Assembly: GCA_964595645.1 (NCBI GenBank)
Contig: CAZQQT010000008.1
Coordinates: 1 to 64,000, forward strand
Direction: 5' to 3'
Origin: an uncultured Thermococci archaeon
GTDB lineage: Archaea; Methanobacteriota_B; Thermococci; Methanofastidiosales; B48-G16
DNA: 64,000 nt
Positions 48,965 to 60,135 of the stretch are shown here, one piece after another. Below the pieces are notes generated by a model. It was not told where the DNA came from. It saw only the letters and a list, made by a program, of their open reading frames with translations, and made no database searches. The position numbers were made by a program, and so were the translations under genes. Each line of letters starts with the position of its first letter. Positions within the stretch are counted from its first letter, which is position 1.

Positions 48965-50965
48965 ATGCGCGAACTGCTGCCCGACTACGCTGTGGAGAAA
49001 CTACAGGAACAGGGAATTACCGAACTTTTCCCACCGCAGCAGAAGGCTGTGGAGGCGGGACTCCTGGATGGGAAAAATCTTGTACTTGCCGTTCCAACAG
49101 CCTCTGGGAAGACGTTAGTAGCATTGATTGCGATACTCGATCACATTAGAAAGGGAGGTAAAGCGGTATACATCGTCCCATTGCGGGCGTTGGCCGAGGA
49201 GAAGTACAGGGAGTTCTCAGAGTTTTGTAGCTGTGTGCTTTCTTCTGGTGATTACGATTCAAAGGATAGCTATCTCACGGAGTACGATTGTATCATCACC
49301 ACGAGTGAAAAGTGTGACTCGCTGTTGCGGCACTCCAAACAGTTCTTCGATGATGTGACTCTCGTGGTAGCGGATGAGGTGCATCTGATCAACTCATCGA
49401 GGCGGGGTCCGACGCTGGAGATGACCCTCGCTAAACTGAAGGACAAACAGCTACTGGCCCTCTCTGCCACGATATCCAACGCAGAGGAGATTGCGGAATG
49501 GCTGGACGCTAACCTCGTATACTCGGAGTGGAGACCCGTGCCCTTGAAAATGGGGGTCTGTGTGAAGGATACGGTCTACTACACCGACGATAAGCGGAAA
49601 ATATCGTATAAAAAAGATTCAATTTCCTCTCTCTGTTGTGAGACCATCGGCGAGAACGGGCAGGTGCTGGTCTTCGTTAATACCCGGAGGTCCGCACAGG
49701 CCGTGGCAAAACGACTCAGACGCCACAACTTTGCGGATCTCGATATCTCCTTCTCGAATACGCAACTAGGTGAACTTCTGGAGCGATGTGCCCGGAAAGG
49801 GGTAGCCTTTCACCACGCGGGACTGGCGAGAGAGGATAGGAACAAGGTGGAAGAGCAGTTCAAAAACACCAACCTGAAGGTCATCGTGGCTACCCCCACC
49901 CTGGCGGCGGGTGTCAACCTTCCTGCGAGAAGAGTGCTTATCAGGGACTACAGGAGGTATACGGATCTGGGGTACAGAAAGATCCCGGTGCTCGAGATAA
50001 AACAGATGATGGGGAGGGCCGGGAGACCCGAGTACGATAGTGAAGGAGAGGCGCTTCTCATTGCAAAAAATAAGGAGAAGAAGGAGATGCTCTTTGAAAC
50101 ATATATTAACGAGGAGACCGAGCCCATCACCTCCAAACTTGCCAACCCCACAGTGATGAGGGCACATATCCTCGCGCTGGTAGCTTCTCACTACGCCAAT
50201 AACGAAAAAGAACTCAAAAATTTCCTCGAACGAACGTTTTATAATTTTCAACAAGATATCAACAGCAGTTACGACAAAATATTGGATATTGTTGAATTTC
50301 TAGAGAAAAACGATTTAATAAAAAAGTATAGGGCTACACGGTTCGGGAGACGCGTGTCCCACCTCTACATCGATCCAAAAACCGCGATAATCTTTCGAGA
50401 TGCACTTGCAGATACGATGACATGTTTTGGGATTCTCCACACGGTAACGGCAACCCCGGATCTCCGTTCTCTCTACCTGCGAAAGGGAGATTACGATACG
50501 TACGACAGCGTTGTTGTAGAGAGACAAGAGGAATTCCTCGTGGAGGTACCCGACTACTGGTACGAACCAGACGAGTACGAGATGTTCCTCTCAACGGTGA
50601 AGACGGCATCGTTATTTCATGAGTGGACACAGGAAAAAGAAGAGGAAACGCTCTATGAGAAGTATCACACGTATCCTGGCGATTTTTACAGGATGCGGCA
50701 GATTGCAGACTGGCTTCTCTACTCCTTCACCGAAGTCGCGAAACTCTTCAGCCATTCATATCGGGAGATCGAGCAGACGCGAAGGCGGTTGAAGTACGGC
50801 GTGAGAGAGGAGCTCCTCCCGCTGGTGAAAATCAAGAACATTGGACGGGTGCGGGCACGACGGTTGTACGACAATGGGATCCACAATATGAGGGATATAC
50901 AGCACGCGGATCTCGAAACACTAGAGCACATTCTCGGGAAGAAGACGGCACGTTCGTTGAGGTAG
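48965..50965 (+). CDS. hel308: Ski2-like DNA helicase Hel308
   Basis: PTASGKT, DEVH, LSATI.N, FHHAGL, TLAAGVNLPA, QMMGRAGRP, IGRVRARRL. Confidence 0.95.
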   Translation: MRELLPDYAVEKLQEQGITELFPPQQKAVEAGLLDGKNLVLAVPTASGKTLVALIAILDHIRKGGKAVYIVPLRALAEEKYREFSEFCSCVLSSGDYDSKDSYLTEYDCIITTSEKCDSLLRHSKQFFDDVTLVVADEVHLINSSRRGPTLEMTLAKLKDKQLLALSATISNAEEIAEWLDANLVYSEWRPVPLKMGVCVKDTVYYTDDKRKISYKKDSISSLCCETIGENGQVLVFVNTRRSAQAVAKRLRRHNFADLDISFSNTQLGELLERCARKGVAFHHAGLAREDRNKVEEQFKNTNLKVIVATPTLAAGVNLPARRVLIRDYRRYTDLGYRKIPVLEIKQMMGRAGRPEYDSEGEALLIAKNKEKKEMLFETYINEETEPITSKLANPTVMRAHILALVASHYANNEKELKNFLERTFYNFQQDINSSYDKILDIVEFLEKNDLIKKYRATRFGRRVSHLYIDPKTAIIFRDALADTMTCFGILHTVTATPDLRSLYLRKGDYDTYDSVVVERQEEFLVEVPDYWYEPDEYEMFLSTVKTASLFHEWTQEKEEETLYEKYHTYPGDFYRMRQIADWLLYSFTEVAKLFSHSYREIEQTRRRLKYGVREELLPLVKIKNIGRVRARRLYDNGIHNMRDIQHADLETLEHILGKKTARSLR

Positions 50966-51226
50966 AAATAAATAAAATTTTCTCTTATTCCTGTCGGCAA
51001 ATTGTACACGTAATTAATAAGTTCTCATTTACTATTATTTTGCTCTGAAGGTAGAGAGAGGGTAATCAAGATATTTATTTTTCATTCTTATCTCTTGGAA
51101 AATCCAACAGATGTAGCTAGCCGAGCTAATGTTATCCAACTATATATCGTCTGTTTAATGACTATTGAGTAAACGACCAATGCACTATAGAAAAATCTTT
51201 TAATATTCGTGTCAACAACAGCATAT

Positions 51227-52495
51227 ATGGATGAAAAACTCACGCTCTGTCTCGTCTTCGTTTTTTCCATCATACTCTCTTCTCTCTTCGTTCTCCCCTT
51301 CGATCAGCTCTTGGGAGAGGATCCGTATTTTCATCGGGAGGTGACGGAGTTCTTTGCAGAACACGGAACACTCCCTCAAAATAATACCGAGCAGTGGGAA
51401 GAGGAAAGGCCCTATGCCACTTATCTTACATTTAAGTTGAAGACGTACCCCAGAGGGTTCTACTACCCCCTCTATCCATTTTATGGAGCGTTGAAGTATT
51501 TTCCTCTCGTTGTGTCAGGACTGATAAGTGTTCCTCTCTACCTGTATCTCTCACAATACTCTAAAGAAGCAGGAATTCTTGCGGCAATCCTCGTACATAC
51601 CCCCAACTTTACGGCGCACTCGATTCTCCTTCTTCCCGAAGTTGTGGGATTAGTGTTGTTACCGCTGGTGCTCTATCTGTTTGAGAGGAAGTACTATCTG
51701 GCTGGGATTCTTTTGGGGATACTATCTTTTATTCATCCTTTCAGCGCGCTAATAGGCTACTTGGGAGTGGTAATTACTGGAGCATTTAAAAAAGAAATAA
51801 AAAATTTTCTTATTTCCCTCCTGATAAGTTTTGTTATCGTATCGCCGTATGCATTCCTCATACTGCAGCAGAAAACGAATGTAGGGTATCAGCTGGGATT
51901 TCATCTATCTACGGAAGTTTATTCGCTACAAAAGTATCTTGGTTTTTTTGGCGTGTTGGTGATATCTCCCATCTTTCTCTATCTTTCAATCAAAAAAAAG
52001 GACTACATTCCACTGGTGTTTGCAGGCGTTCTCATGGTTTTCTCAGTTGTGAGTATTACACGAGTACCACCGGAACGATTTTTTGCCTATCTTTCTATCA
52101 TCTTGGCAATAATTGTGGCGAAACGACTTGTTGAAATAAAAAATGTAAAAGTGAAGCATGCATTGGTGTTTTCTTTGGTTTTTCTCTCGTTTGTGCAGAA
52201 CTACTGGATCTTTGGAGCGATAGGCCCGGCGCCGCGTGAGACAGCCTCATGGGAGTTTTTGCATGAGAACTCTCTCGAGAACGCACAGGTGCTGGGGTGG
52301 GATCGGTATCCACAGATCTTCACCACGGAACGACGGATCTACTTCTCCGACACGAGCTATACCAACTACAAAGAGTTTGACTACGTTTCTCCCGATGCTA
52401 ACGTGCTGGCACGCAAAAAAGAGTTCTTACAGTCCTTAGAAGAAGATAAAATATACGATAATAAAGTAGGATTATGGCACATAGAAGAGTCATAG
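51227..52495 (+). CDS. Polytopic membrane protein, probable GT-C fold glycosyltransferase
   Basis: DPYFH after first TM, YP.GF, many TMs, ERF..Y, soluble C-terminal domain. Confidence 0.6.
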   Translation: MDEKLTLCLVFVFSIILSSLFVLPFDQLLGEDPYFHREVTEFFAEHGTLPQNNTEQWEEERPYATYLTFKLKTYPRGFYYPLYPFYGALKYFPLVVSGLISVPLYLYLSQYSKEAGILAAILVHTPNFTAHSILLLPEVVGLVLLPLVLYLFERKYYLAGILLGILSFIHPFSALIGYLGVVITGAFKKEIKNFLISLLISFVIVSPYAFLILQQKTNVGYQLGFHLSTEVYSLQKYLGFFGVLVISPIFLYLSIKKKDYIPLVFAGVLMVFSVVSITRVPPERFFAYLSIILAIIVAKRLVEIKNVKVKHALVFSLVFLSFVQNYWIFGAIGPAPRETASWEFLHENSLENAQVLGWDRYPQIFTTERRIYFSDTSYTNYKEFDYVSPDANVLARKKEFLQSLEEDKIYDNKVGLWHIEES

Positions 52496-53071
52496 TACGT
52501 TGTATCCTTCTTCCAGTGCCTTGAGATCGAGATCTAAGAATTTCTCTGGAACTCTTTCCTTCAATACATTTGAAAGTTCATCTTTTGTGAATGGGAGTTT
52601 CTCGCCTACTTTGCACAGCGCGCCGAGCATAATGATATTCATTACAATGGGCTTTCCGAGTTTCTTTGCAATTTTGTACGCATCGAACCGATGTACTTTG
52701 CAGTGCGATTCCAGCTTCTTCAGTACTTCTTCGGGGTTGGGATACTCAGCGTCTCCTATCGATACAGTGACCGGAACAACAGGTTTTTCGTTGACCACTG
52801 CGATTCCATCCTTCTTCATGAACTTTACCTGTCTCAACGCCTCCACCGGTTCAAATCCCAGCAGATAGTCGCATTTCCCTTCAGGTACAAGAGCTCCGTA
52901 GATGTTACCAAGTCTCACATGAGATGTAACCGCACCTCCCCGCTGTGCCATTCCGTGGGTCTCGCCGATTCGTACCGTATACCCGTGGTTCATTGCTGCC
53001 TTTGCCAGTATTTGCGATGCCAGTAAGTTTCCCTGACCTCCAACGCCTGAGATAATGATATTCGTTTCCAT
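52490..53071 (-). CDS. iorB: Indolepyruvate ferredoxin oxidoreductase beta subunit
   Basis: GVGGQG.LLAS, ETHGMAQRGGAVTSHVR, EPVEALR. Confidence 0.92.
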   Translation of the reverse strand: METNIIISGVGGQGNLLASQILAKAAMNHGYTVRIGETHGMAQRGGAVTSHVRLGNIYGALVPEGKCDYLLGFEPVEALRQVKFMKKDGIAVVNEKPVVPVTVSIGDAEYPNPEEVLKKLESHCKVHRFDAYKIAKKLGKPIVMNIIMLGALCKVGEKLPFTKDELSNVLKERVPEKFLDLDLKALEEGYNVL

Positions 53072-53479
53072 GGGATCACCTATTGATACTCTCTACTAGG
53101 AGAATTTAAAAAAGGTTATGGTTCTGTTCTCACTTTACACGCTTCTCCCGTTAACAACTTTCTTATTTGTCACATCTACTTGTTATTTTGTCACCTTCTG
53201 TATCACCGTTGTTGGTGTAAAAAATGTCCGAAATCACCACATTTCAACATAGAAAGCTCATACCTTTCATGAATCTGAAGGAGAGCTAAGCAATTGATCA
53301 TCCATATATTATTAACAAATGCAGAATAATCAACATTTTCCTACCAATGGGAAAAAATATTTTTATAAATAGCTTCTATAGTAGATAGAATCATAAAAAA
53401 GACTTTAAATTAAAAAATAACCCAAAATTTTTTATACAGAACATACCTAAAGCAATATAGGATATATCATGGTGATTGA

Positions 53480-53941
53480 ATGAAGAGATTCGGGCCTATC
53501 ATATTAATGATTCTTTTTTGTACATCTTTTGTTCTCAGCGCCTCTGTTGTACAAGAGTTCCAGGTGACCACGAACCCCAGCGATCAACGGCATCCGAAGA
53601 TCCACGGTGAGTACGCAGTGTGGCACGATCGTCGAGATGGAGACTACAATATCTACAGTGCCAAACTGGCTGGAGTAATTCTCCCTGAAGAGAAGGAAGT
53701 CTTTATCAACCCCGTTGTCTCCTTCATGCCTGTAAAGAACTACCATCTGGATCAAGTACACCAGCTCCTCCTTGATATCGACGAGTTACTCCCTGATGTT
53801 GTACCAGAGGATATCCAACAGTTGTTGGATGAAGCACAAATGCATATTGGCAATGCAAATACTACGGGAAACACAATCTACGCGAATAACGAGTTATTGA
53901 AGACTATAAAGGTATTGGGACAAGTATTGAACATGCTTTAA
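53480..53941 (+). CDS. Small secreted protein: one beta-propeller blade plus the C-terminal domain shared with 34688..35989
   Basis: Signal peptide; QVTTNPSDQRHPKIHGEYAVWHDRRDGDYNIY; INPV...NTIYANNELLK. Confidence 0.7.
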   Translation: MKRFGPIILMILFCTSFVLSASVVQEFQVTTNPSDQRHPKIHGEYAVWHDRRDGDYNIYSAKLAGVILPEEKEVFINPVVSFMPVKNYHLDQVHQLLLDIDELLPDVVPEDIQQLLDEAQMHIGNANTTGNTIYANNELLKTIKVLGQVLNML

Positions 53942-54080
53942 TTTTCTCCCCTTTTTTAATACATCAACTATTATACCAATGAGATCCCCATTGCCTCCAT
54001 CACAAGCTTTATAAAGCCGTATAATCCATGTCATTGCATGAGGAGGGATTTACTTTGCGGTCCCGGACTCAGCTAAAGAT

Positions 54081-54278
54081 GTGCTGGAAGCACTCATAGA
54101 GAAGGATGGAGTCTCTTCTCGACGTATTGCTAATCGGATTGATATGCCCAACAGGACAGTTCGGTATGCACTTCGGATATTAAAATCAAAGGATCTTGTG
54201 ATCATGAAACCGGTGCTTGGCGATACGCGGAGGAAGATATATCTTCTCAATGAGGACTTTCTGGAGAAACATGTCTGA
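54081..54278 (+). CDS. Small winged-HTH transcriptional regulator
   Basis: RRIANRIDMPNRTVRYALRILKSKDLV...DTRRKIY; start uncertain. Confidence 0.8.
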   Translation: MLEALIEKDGVSSRRIANRIDMPNRTVRYALRILKSKDLVIMKPVLGDTRRKIYLLNEDFLEKHV

Positions 54279-54418
54279 GTCAGGTGAATAGAGGAATCAT
54301 CCGATCGATAGATTTTTATATAGGGAGATACCGCCCTGTATCGGAATCTATAAAAACCAAAAGTTTTTAAATAGTCTAGAAGATAGATTTTAAGTTAGCA
54401 AAATAGGAGGTATGCAAT

Positions 54419-55717
54419 ATGGCAAAGAAAAAACCTCATCTGAATGTGGCATTCATTGGCCATGTAGACCATGGGAAATCTACACTTATAGGAAGAATGC
54501 TGATGGAACATGGGGATATACGAGAGCAGATGATCAAAAAGTTCGAAGATATGGGTGAAAAAGGAAAGACCTTTAAGTTTGCATGGGTCATGGACAACCT
54601 CAAGGAGGAGAGAGAGCGAGGAGTGACCATTGACCTGGCACACAAGAAGTTCGAGACGGATAACAAGTATGTGACAATTGTGGATTGTCCGGGACATCGA
54701 GACTTCGTGAAGAACATGATTACCGGTGCCTCTCAGGCAGATGCAGCCGTACTTGTGATAGATGCGAAGGACGGAATCATGCCTCAGACAAAGGAGCACC
54801 TCTTCCTGGCAAGAACCCTCGGTATCAGCCAGCTAATTGTTGTAATAAACAAAATGGACCTGGTAGACTACAAAGAGGAACGATTCGAAGAGGTAAAAAA
54901 GGCGACACAGAAGCTCCTGAAACTTGTGGGGTATAAACCGGACAAGGTACCTCTCCTACCTACTTCCGCGTTCCAGGGCGAAGGCGTAGTAAAGCGCAGT
55001 GAAAAAATGTCCTGGTACTCAGGAAAGCCTTTCATGGACGTACTGGATGGTATAGAGGAGCCGGAGAAACCGATTGACAAGCCGCTGAGACTTCCAGTGC
55101 AGGATGTTTTCACGATTACAGGTGTCGGTACGGTACCTGTAGGAAGAATCGAGACCGGACAGCTGAAGGTAGGAGACAAGGTGATGTTCGAACCTGCATC
55201 CACCGTTCTTGGAAAGCCCGTATCTGGAGAGGTCAAAACTATCGAAATGCACCACGAAAATCTTCAAGAAGCTGAACCAGGAGACAACGTGGGATTCAAC
55301 GTAAGAGGTATCGGGAAGAAGGATATTAAGCGAGGAGATGTGCTGGGACGTGTCGATAACCCACCTTCTGTAATTACACCCAATGATACCTTTAGAGCCC
55401 AGATAGCAGTATTGGATCATCCTACGGCAGTGACTGCCGGCTACACACCAGTATTCCACTGTTACACTGCACAGGTTGCGTGCACCTTTGAGAAACTTGT
55501 TGCAAAACTCGACAAGAAGACAGGTGGTGTAGCAGAGGAGAATCCGGACTACTTGAAACCAGGAGATTCGGCACTGGTCGAGATCAGGCCTACCAAACCG
55601 ATGGTCCTTGAAGAGTACAAGGATATTCCCGAAATGGGGAGATTCGCTGTACGAGACATGGGCATGACTATAGCAGCAGGGTTCTGTGTTGCTATACACA
55701 AAGGAGGCAAAGAGTAA
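54419..55717 (+). CDS. tuf: Translation elongation factor EF-1 alpha
   Basis: [43 protein letters not shown]. Confidence 0.99.
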   Translation: MAKKKPHLNVAFIGHVDHGKSTLIGRMLMEHGDIREQMIKKFEDMGEKGKTFKFAWVMDNLKEERERGVTIDLAHKKFETDNKYVTIVDCPGHRDFVKNMITGASQADAAVLVIDAKDGIMPQTKEHLFLARTLGISQLIVVINKMDLVDYKEERFEEVKKATQKLLKLVGYKPDKVPLLPTSAFQGEGVVKRSEKMSWYSGKPFMDVLDGIEEPEKPIDKPLRLPVQDVFTITGVGTVPVGRIETGQLKVGDKVMFEPASTVLGKPVSGEVKTIEMHHENLQEAEPGDNVGFNVRGIGKKDIKRGDVLGRVDNPPSVITPNDTFRAQIAVLDHPTAVTAGYTPVFHCYTAQVACTFEKLVAKLDKKTGGVAEENPDYLKPGDSALVEIRPTKPMVLEEYKDIPEMGRFAVRDMGMTIAAGFCVAIHKGGKE

Positions 55718-55728
55718 GAGGGATCGCG

Positions 55729-56037
55729 GTGCAGAGAGCGAGAATACGGCTTGCGTCTACGGAAGCAGAAAAATTAGAAACTGTGTGCGAACAGGTAAAG
55801 AAAATTGCAGAAAAGACAGGAGTAAATATCTCTGGACCCATGCCTCTGCCCACAAAAAAGTTGAAGGTCCCTGTGAGAAAGTCTCCCGATGGTGAAGGCA
55901 CAGCCACATGGGAACGATGGGAAATGCGGATCCATAAAAGACTCATAGAGATCGATGCCGATGATAGAACTATGCGGCAGGTCATGCGAGTCTCCGTACC
56001 AGAGGGAGTGAATATAGAGATCGAATTGATCTCTTAA
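55729..56037 (+). CDS. rpsJ: 30S ribosomal protein S10
   Basis: [31 protein letters not shown]. Confidence 0.98.
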   Translation: MQRARIRLASTEAEKLETVCEQVKKIAEKTGVNISGPMPLPTKKLKVPVRKSPDGEGTATWERWEMRIHKRLIEIDADDRTMRQVMRVSVPEGVNIEIELIS

Positions 56038-56072
56038 CTTTTTTTCATTTTTCTGGTTCTTTTTTTGTTTCT
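56038..56072 (+). terminator. Oligo-T archaeal terminator after tuf-rpsJ
   Basis: T7, T5 and T7 runs immediately after the stop codon. Confidence 0.5.
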
Positions 56073-56131
56073 TTCCACAAGACGCTCACAAGATTAAGAG
56101 GATTATTCAGTATCGCCATGAGTAGGTATGA

Positions 56132-56818
56132 ATGAAATATATGAAGCGAATACTTATCACGGGTTTCATAATCGCTTTTTTTCTTTTGGGGCAATGTACA
56201 CTATCCTCACAAAACAAACCAGAGGGAGCAATCAATACTGTGGTGATGCAGCACGTAGAGGGTGAGACACCCACACTGATCGTGTATGGGACGCATAATC
56301 CTGATCCGACAGGGACAAAAGCAGATAAAGAAACTGCTTACCGAATTCAAGAGCTGATAGAGAACCAGATAGGATCGGAGATCCGAGTAAAAGCGGATAG
56401 CGATGTCAACGCTACAGATATTCAGACATGCAATCTCATGTTATATGGCGGGCCTGTGTCAAATGAGATCATGGCAGAGATAAACGATGATCTCCCCATT
56501 CAGTTTGAAAATATTACAGGACAATGGTATATTGTTGCTGGAGAGCAGAAATTTACCGGGGAAGACGTTGGCGTGATCATGGCATGTCCCAATCCACTCA
56601 ACAGAGAGCGGTATGTACTTATTTACGCGGGGATTTCGCGAATAGGAACGCAAAACGCGAACAAAGTGTACCACGGTCCAACTGACTACGTCATATTCAA
56701 CCGTGCATCATGGAAAGAAAGAACGCGACAAAGTCCAGGACCTGTCCCAAAGGAAGGATTTTTTGATAAATCTAACCCATCTCACTGGAAAATGCAGAAA
56801 AAAGAGAAAGAGCAATAG
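56132..56818 (+). CDS. Secreted hypothetical protein with S-layer-associated-type alpha/beta motif
   Basis: N-terminal hydrophobic stretch; NLMLYGGPVSN and PNPLN..RY...AG motifs. Confidence 0.55.
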   Translation: MKYMKRILITGFIIAFFLLGQCTLSSQNKPEGAINTVVMQHVEGETPTLIVYGTHNPDPTGTKADKETAYRIQELIENQIGSEIRVKADSDVNATDIQTCNLMLYGGPVSNEIMAEINDDLPIQFENITGQWYIVAGEQKFTGEDVGVIMACPNPLNRERYVLIYAGISRIGTQNANKVYHGPTDYVIFNRASWKERTRQSPGPVPKEGFFDKSNPSHWKMQKKEKEQ

Positions 56819-56881
56819 ATCTATTCTTCTCTACCTTATTCTCATGAAAAATTATTTATATAATGAGATGGATGTAGTAGT

Positions 56882-58678
56882 ATGAACATAAAATCTGTAT
56901 CCCCAATTATTGCAGTAGTATTGCTCATCTCGGCAACGATTGCCATCGGCACAATTTTGATGGCATGGGGATCCGGATTGATCCAGGAAAAACAGAGTGT
57001 TTCTGAAGAAACGAGCGAATCTGTCTTCGGAAATGAAAATTATCTCAGCATTGATAATTTGGCAGACAGTAACGGGACCCTTGTGATATGGGTGAGGAAC
57101 GCGGGGGATGAGGATGTTAGTGTGGAGAACTTTCGGATATATATTAAAAAGAACGGTGTAGAACAGACGCCACAGAATGTCTCAGGATCCACCATTCCTT
57201 CAAAGGATACTATAGAGTTAGCAGAGATTCCGCTTTCCCTAGAGGAGGGCGATACCGTTTCCGTGAAAATTACCACAAAGAGCGGGTATGTCATGACGAA
57301 AACACTGAATCTCACTCCCGAGGCAACGAGTACTACCACGCCGGGACCAACGTCCACACCTCCAGATAACCAACCTCCGACTGCAGATTTCAGTTACAGT
57401 CCTGCTTCTCCCGATACTGGTGATACTATCCAGTTCACCGATCAATCCACCGATCCCGATGGATCAATCGTCTCATGGGATTGGAACTTCGGTGACGGGA
57501 ACTCCTCCTCTGACCAGAATCCTACGCATTCTTACGATGATGACGGAACGTACACGGTGACACTCACCGTCACGGACGATGACGGGGCAACTGACGACTA
57601 CAGTGAAGATATTACTGTGCAGAATCAAAGTCCCACTGCAGATTTTGACTATACTCCTACAAGTCCTTTGACATACGAGACGATTAACTTCGATGGGACA
57701 CTCTCATCGGATCCTGATGGTTCTATTTCCAGTTACGAGTGGGATTGGACAAGCGATGGAATCTTTGATGCTACCGGTTCAAATCCTTCTCACTTCTATA
57801 CCGATGACGGAACGTACACAGTCACGCTTCGGGTAACGGATGACGATGGTGCAACAGATACCTACAGCGACGAGATTACCGTACAAAATCAGGGTCCCAC
57901 CGCCGATGCCAACGGGCCGTACGCAGGCGATGTGGGGGAAACCATTACGTTCGACGGTACTGGCTCTTCTGATCCCGATGGAACAATCAACAGTTACGCG
58001 TGGGACATGGATAACGACGGAAGCTACGATGACGCGACTGGTTCACAACCAACCTATTCTTGGAGTTCTGAGGGAACATATACGATAGGCCTCGAGGTAA
58101 CGGACGACGATGGAGCGATCAATACTGATACGGCGACTGTGTATATAGGAGGTGTGGAGTACAATAATGATGCGGTAGCGGTGGATGGACCTGATAGTGG
58201 CACGACACCAGGGGGCGTTGAGTTTTCTATTACAAATACCTATGATGCTACAATTACTATTGACAGCATTAAAATAGATCCTCTCAACGACAATATTAAC
58301 GAACTTGATGATGATTATGGAGGTGGAAATGATGATCCAGGAGAGGTTGAGATTTACGCTGAAGCGTCTATAGGACAGGATAGTTATTCAGATTGGGGCA
58401 CAGGTGGTAATGATTATGAGGCACTGGCAATTGATGATAGCGGAGTTGAAGTTGCTGTGGGGATAGATGGCGACAATACAAACAGTGGGAATCTCCCTCA
58501 GGTAGAAAGTGGAGGCACCCTCACCTGGTATCTCTATGAGTTCTACGAGGATGGACACCCAGTATGGCCATATCGTTTTAATACAAATCTCGATATGAAC
58601 GGAGAAAGCATCGAAATAACGCTCACGTACACAGTAGATGGGATGCAATTAACCAAGACCTTTACAATTACCCCTTGA
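56882..58678 (+). CDS. Type IV pilin-like protein fused to three PKD domains
   Basis: Class III signal KS/VSPIIAVVLL; Thr/Pro linker; three N..PTA...DPDG.I.S..W..GTYT..L.VTDDDGA repeats. Confidence 0.85.
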   Translation: MNIKSVSPIIAVVLLISATIAIGTILMAWGSGLIQEKQSVSEETSESVFGNENYLSIDNLADSNGTLVIWVRNAGDEDVSVENFRIYIKKNGVEQTPQNVSGSTIPSKDTIELAEIPLSLEEGDTVSVKITTKSGYVMTKTLNLTPEATSTTTPGPTSTPPDNQPPTADFSYSPASPDTGDTIQFTDQSTDPDGSIVSWDWNFGDGNSSSDQNPTHSYDDDGTYTVTLTVTDDDGATDDYSEDITVQNQSPTADFDYTPTSPLTYETINFDGTLSSDPDGSISSYEWDWTSDGIFDATGSNPSHFYTDDGTYTVTLRVTDDDGATDTYSDEITVQNQGPTADANGPYAGDVGETITFDGTGSSDPDGTINSYAWDMDNDGSYDDATGSQPTYSWSSEGTYTIGLEVTDDDGAINTDTATVYIGGVEYNNDAVAVDGPDSGTTPGGVEFSITNTYDATITIDSIKIDPLNDNINELDDDYGGGNDDPGEVEIYAEASIGQDSYSDWGTGGNDYEALAIDDSGVEVAVGIDGDNTNSGNLPQVESGGTLTWYLYEFYEDGHPVWPYRFNTNLDMNGESIEITLTYTVDGMQLTKTFTITP

Positions 58679-58773
58679 TTGGTTATATATCTCCATTACA
58701 ATAATCGATATCCACTAGATGTTACCCAGTAACCTTTTAAAAGGAAGAGATCGTATAGTACAAAGGTGCGTAC

Positions 58774-59196
58774 ATGACAACAATATATGATGTTCCAGCT
58801 GATAGGCTCATAGGAAGACTGAAAGAAGAATTGAAAACAATAGAAGAAATATCTCCTCCCGAATGGTCAAAGTTTGTGAAGACGTCATGTTCCAAGGAGA
58901 GAAGGCCCGATCAAGAAGATTGGTGGTATATACGGGCGGCATCTATCCTCAGAAAAGTGTATATGGATGGACCATTGGGGGTGTCACGACTTAGAACTAT
59001 CTACGGAAGTAAAAAGAATAGGGGCCACCAACCGGAGAAGTTCAAAAGAGCCAGCGGCTCTGTGATCAGGACGATACTCCAGCAACTGGAGGCTGCTGGA
59101 CTTGTGGAGAATAAGACAGGGAGAGTAATTACATCAAAAGGACAGTCCTTGCTCAATAGTCTTTCACGAGAAGTTGAGAAAGAACTTGAGGGATAA
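58774..59196 (+). CDS. rps19e: 30S ribosomal protein S19e
   Basis: PEWSKFVKT, WWYIRAASILRKVY. Confidence 0.97.
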   Translation: MTTIYDVPADRLIGRLKEELKTIEEISPPEWSKFVKTSCSKERRPDQEDWWYIRAASILRKVYMDGPLGVSRLRTIYGSKKNRGHQPEKFKRASGSVIRTILQQLEAAGLVENKTGRVITSKGQSLLNSLSREVEKELEG

Positions 59197-59199
59197 TGA

Positions 59200-59535
59200 A
59201 TGGAGGATGAGATTGACGAGATCAAACGAAAGAAGATGGAGAGATTGAGAAAAGCTCAAGAAGAACAACAGGAAGAAGCGCAGCAGGAAGAGGAAGAGAG
59301 AAAAAGGGAAATGCAGAAGCAGCTTATATTGCGACAAATACTCACGAACGAAGCAAGAAACAGGCTCGCCAGAGTGAAAATGGCAAAACCTGAGTTTGGA
59401 GAACAAGTAGAGTCGCAGTTAATTCGCCTGGCACAGGCGGGCAAACTTCAGAAGAAGCTCACAGACAATGATCTTAAAAATCTCTTAAGGTCATTACAAC
59501 AAAGAAAACCGGATTATACCATCAAGAGAAAGTGA
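59200..59535 (+). CDS. DNA-binding protein, PDCD5/TFAR19 family
   Basis: ILRQILT.EARNRL..V.M.KPE...VE.QLI.LAQ.G; conserved position after rps19e. Confidence 0.93.
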   Translation: MEDEIDEIKRKKMERLRKAQEEQQEEAQQEEEERKREMQKQLILRQILTNEARNRLARVKMAKPEFGEQVESQLIRLAQAGKLQKKLTDNDLKNLLRSLQQRKPDYTIKRK

Positions 59536-59538
59536 CTT

Positions 59539-60135
59539 ATGGATGCACACCTGTTGTTCACCGGAGGAAAGGATAGTTCTTTATCTGCATTTATACTTAC
59601 ACGATTAGGATATACTGTAAAAACGCTCACAGCTACATTTGGATATAGTGAGAACTGGAAACTGGCGAGAAAAACCGCAGAGGTACTCGGCTACCCACAT
59701 CGTGCGGTAACACTGGACAATGGGATCCTCGAAGAGGGCGCCAGAATTATCCTCAGGGATGAGTACCCACTGAATGGGATTAAATACATCCACAAAAAAG
59801 TCGTTCAGCAGCTTGCTAGGAAATACGACGTGCTTTGTGATGGATCCCGTCGGGATGATAGAACACCACGACTCGATCTCAGTGAGGTGAGGAGTATAGA
59901 GGACAAATACGGAGTGGAGTATATTGCTCCTCTCTGCGGTATCGGGTACAAAACGCTCCGACGGCTGGTAGATAAGTTATTTATAGTGGAAACATATGAC
60001 AGTAGTGAAGGGAAGACAGCCGATTATGAAACAGAAATACGTGCCTTTTTAGGTGAGAAGGCAGAAGGTATATTTCCCGATCATACACATACGAGAGTTA
60101 TTGGATTAAAAGGTGATAAGGATGGCAAGAAATAA
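59539..60135 (+). CDS. PP-loop (adenine nucleotide alpha hydrolase) family protein
   Basis: [27 protein letters not shown]; conserved operon position. Confidence 0.85.
   Translation: MDAHLLFTGGKDSSLSAFILTRLGYTVKTLTATFGYSENWKLARKTAEVLGYPHRAVTLDNGILEEGARIILRDEYPLNGIKYIHKKVVQQLARKYDVLCDGSRRDDRTPRLDLSEVRSIEDKYGVEYIAPLCGIGYKTLRRLVDKLFIVETYDSSEGKTADYETEIRAFLGEKAEGIFPDHTHTRVIGLKGDKDGKK

Noticed and set aside
52490-53479. iorB without adjacent iorA as a deletion scar
   Set aside because: iorB has its own TATA-like element and RBS, and no iorA remnant was recognisable; a split operon is unremarkable.
56038-56131. tRNA gene after rpsJ
   Set aside because: No cloverleaf or TTCGA/TTCAA T-loop pattern; the region is a T-rich terminator.
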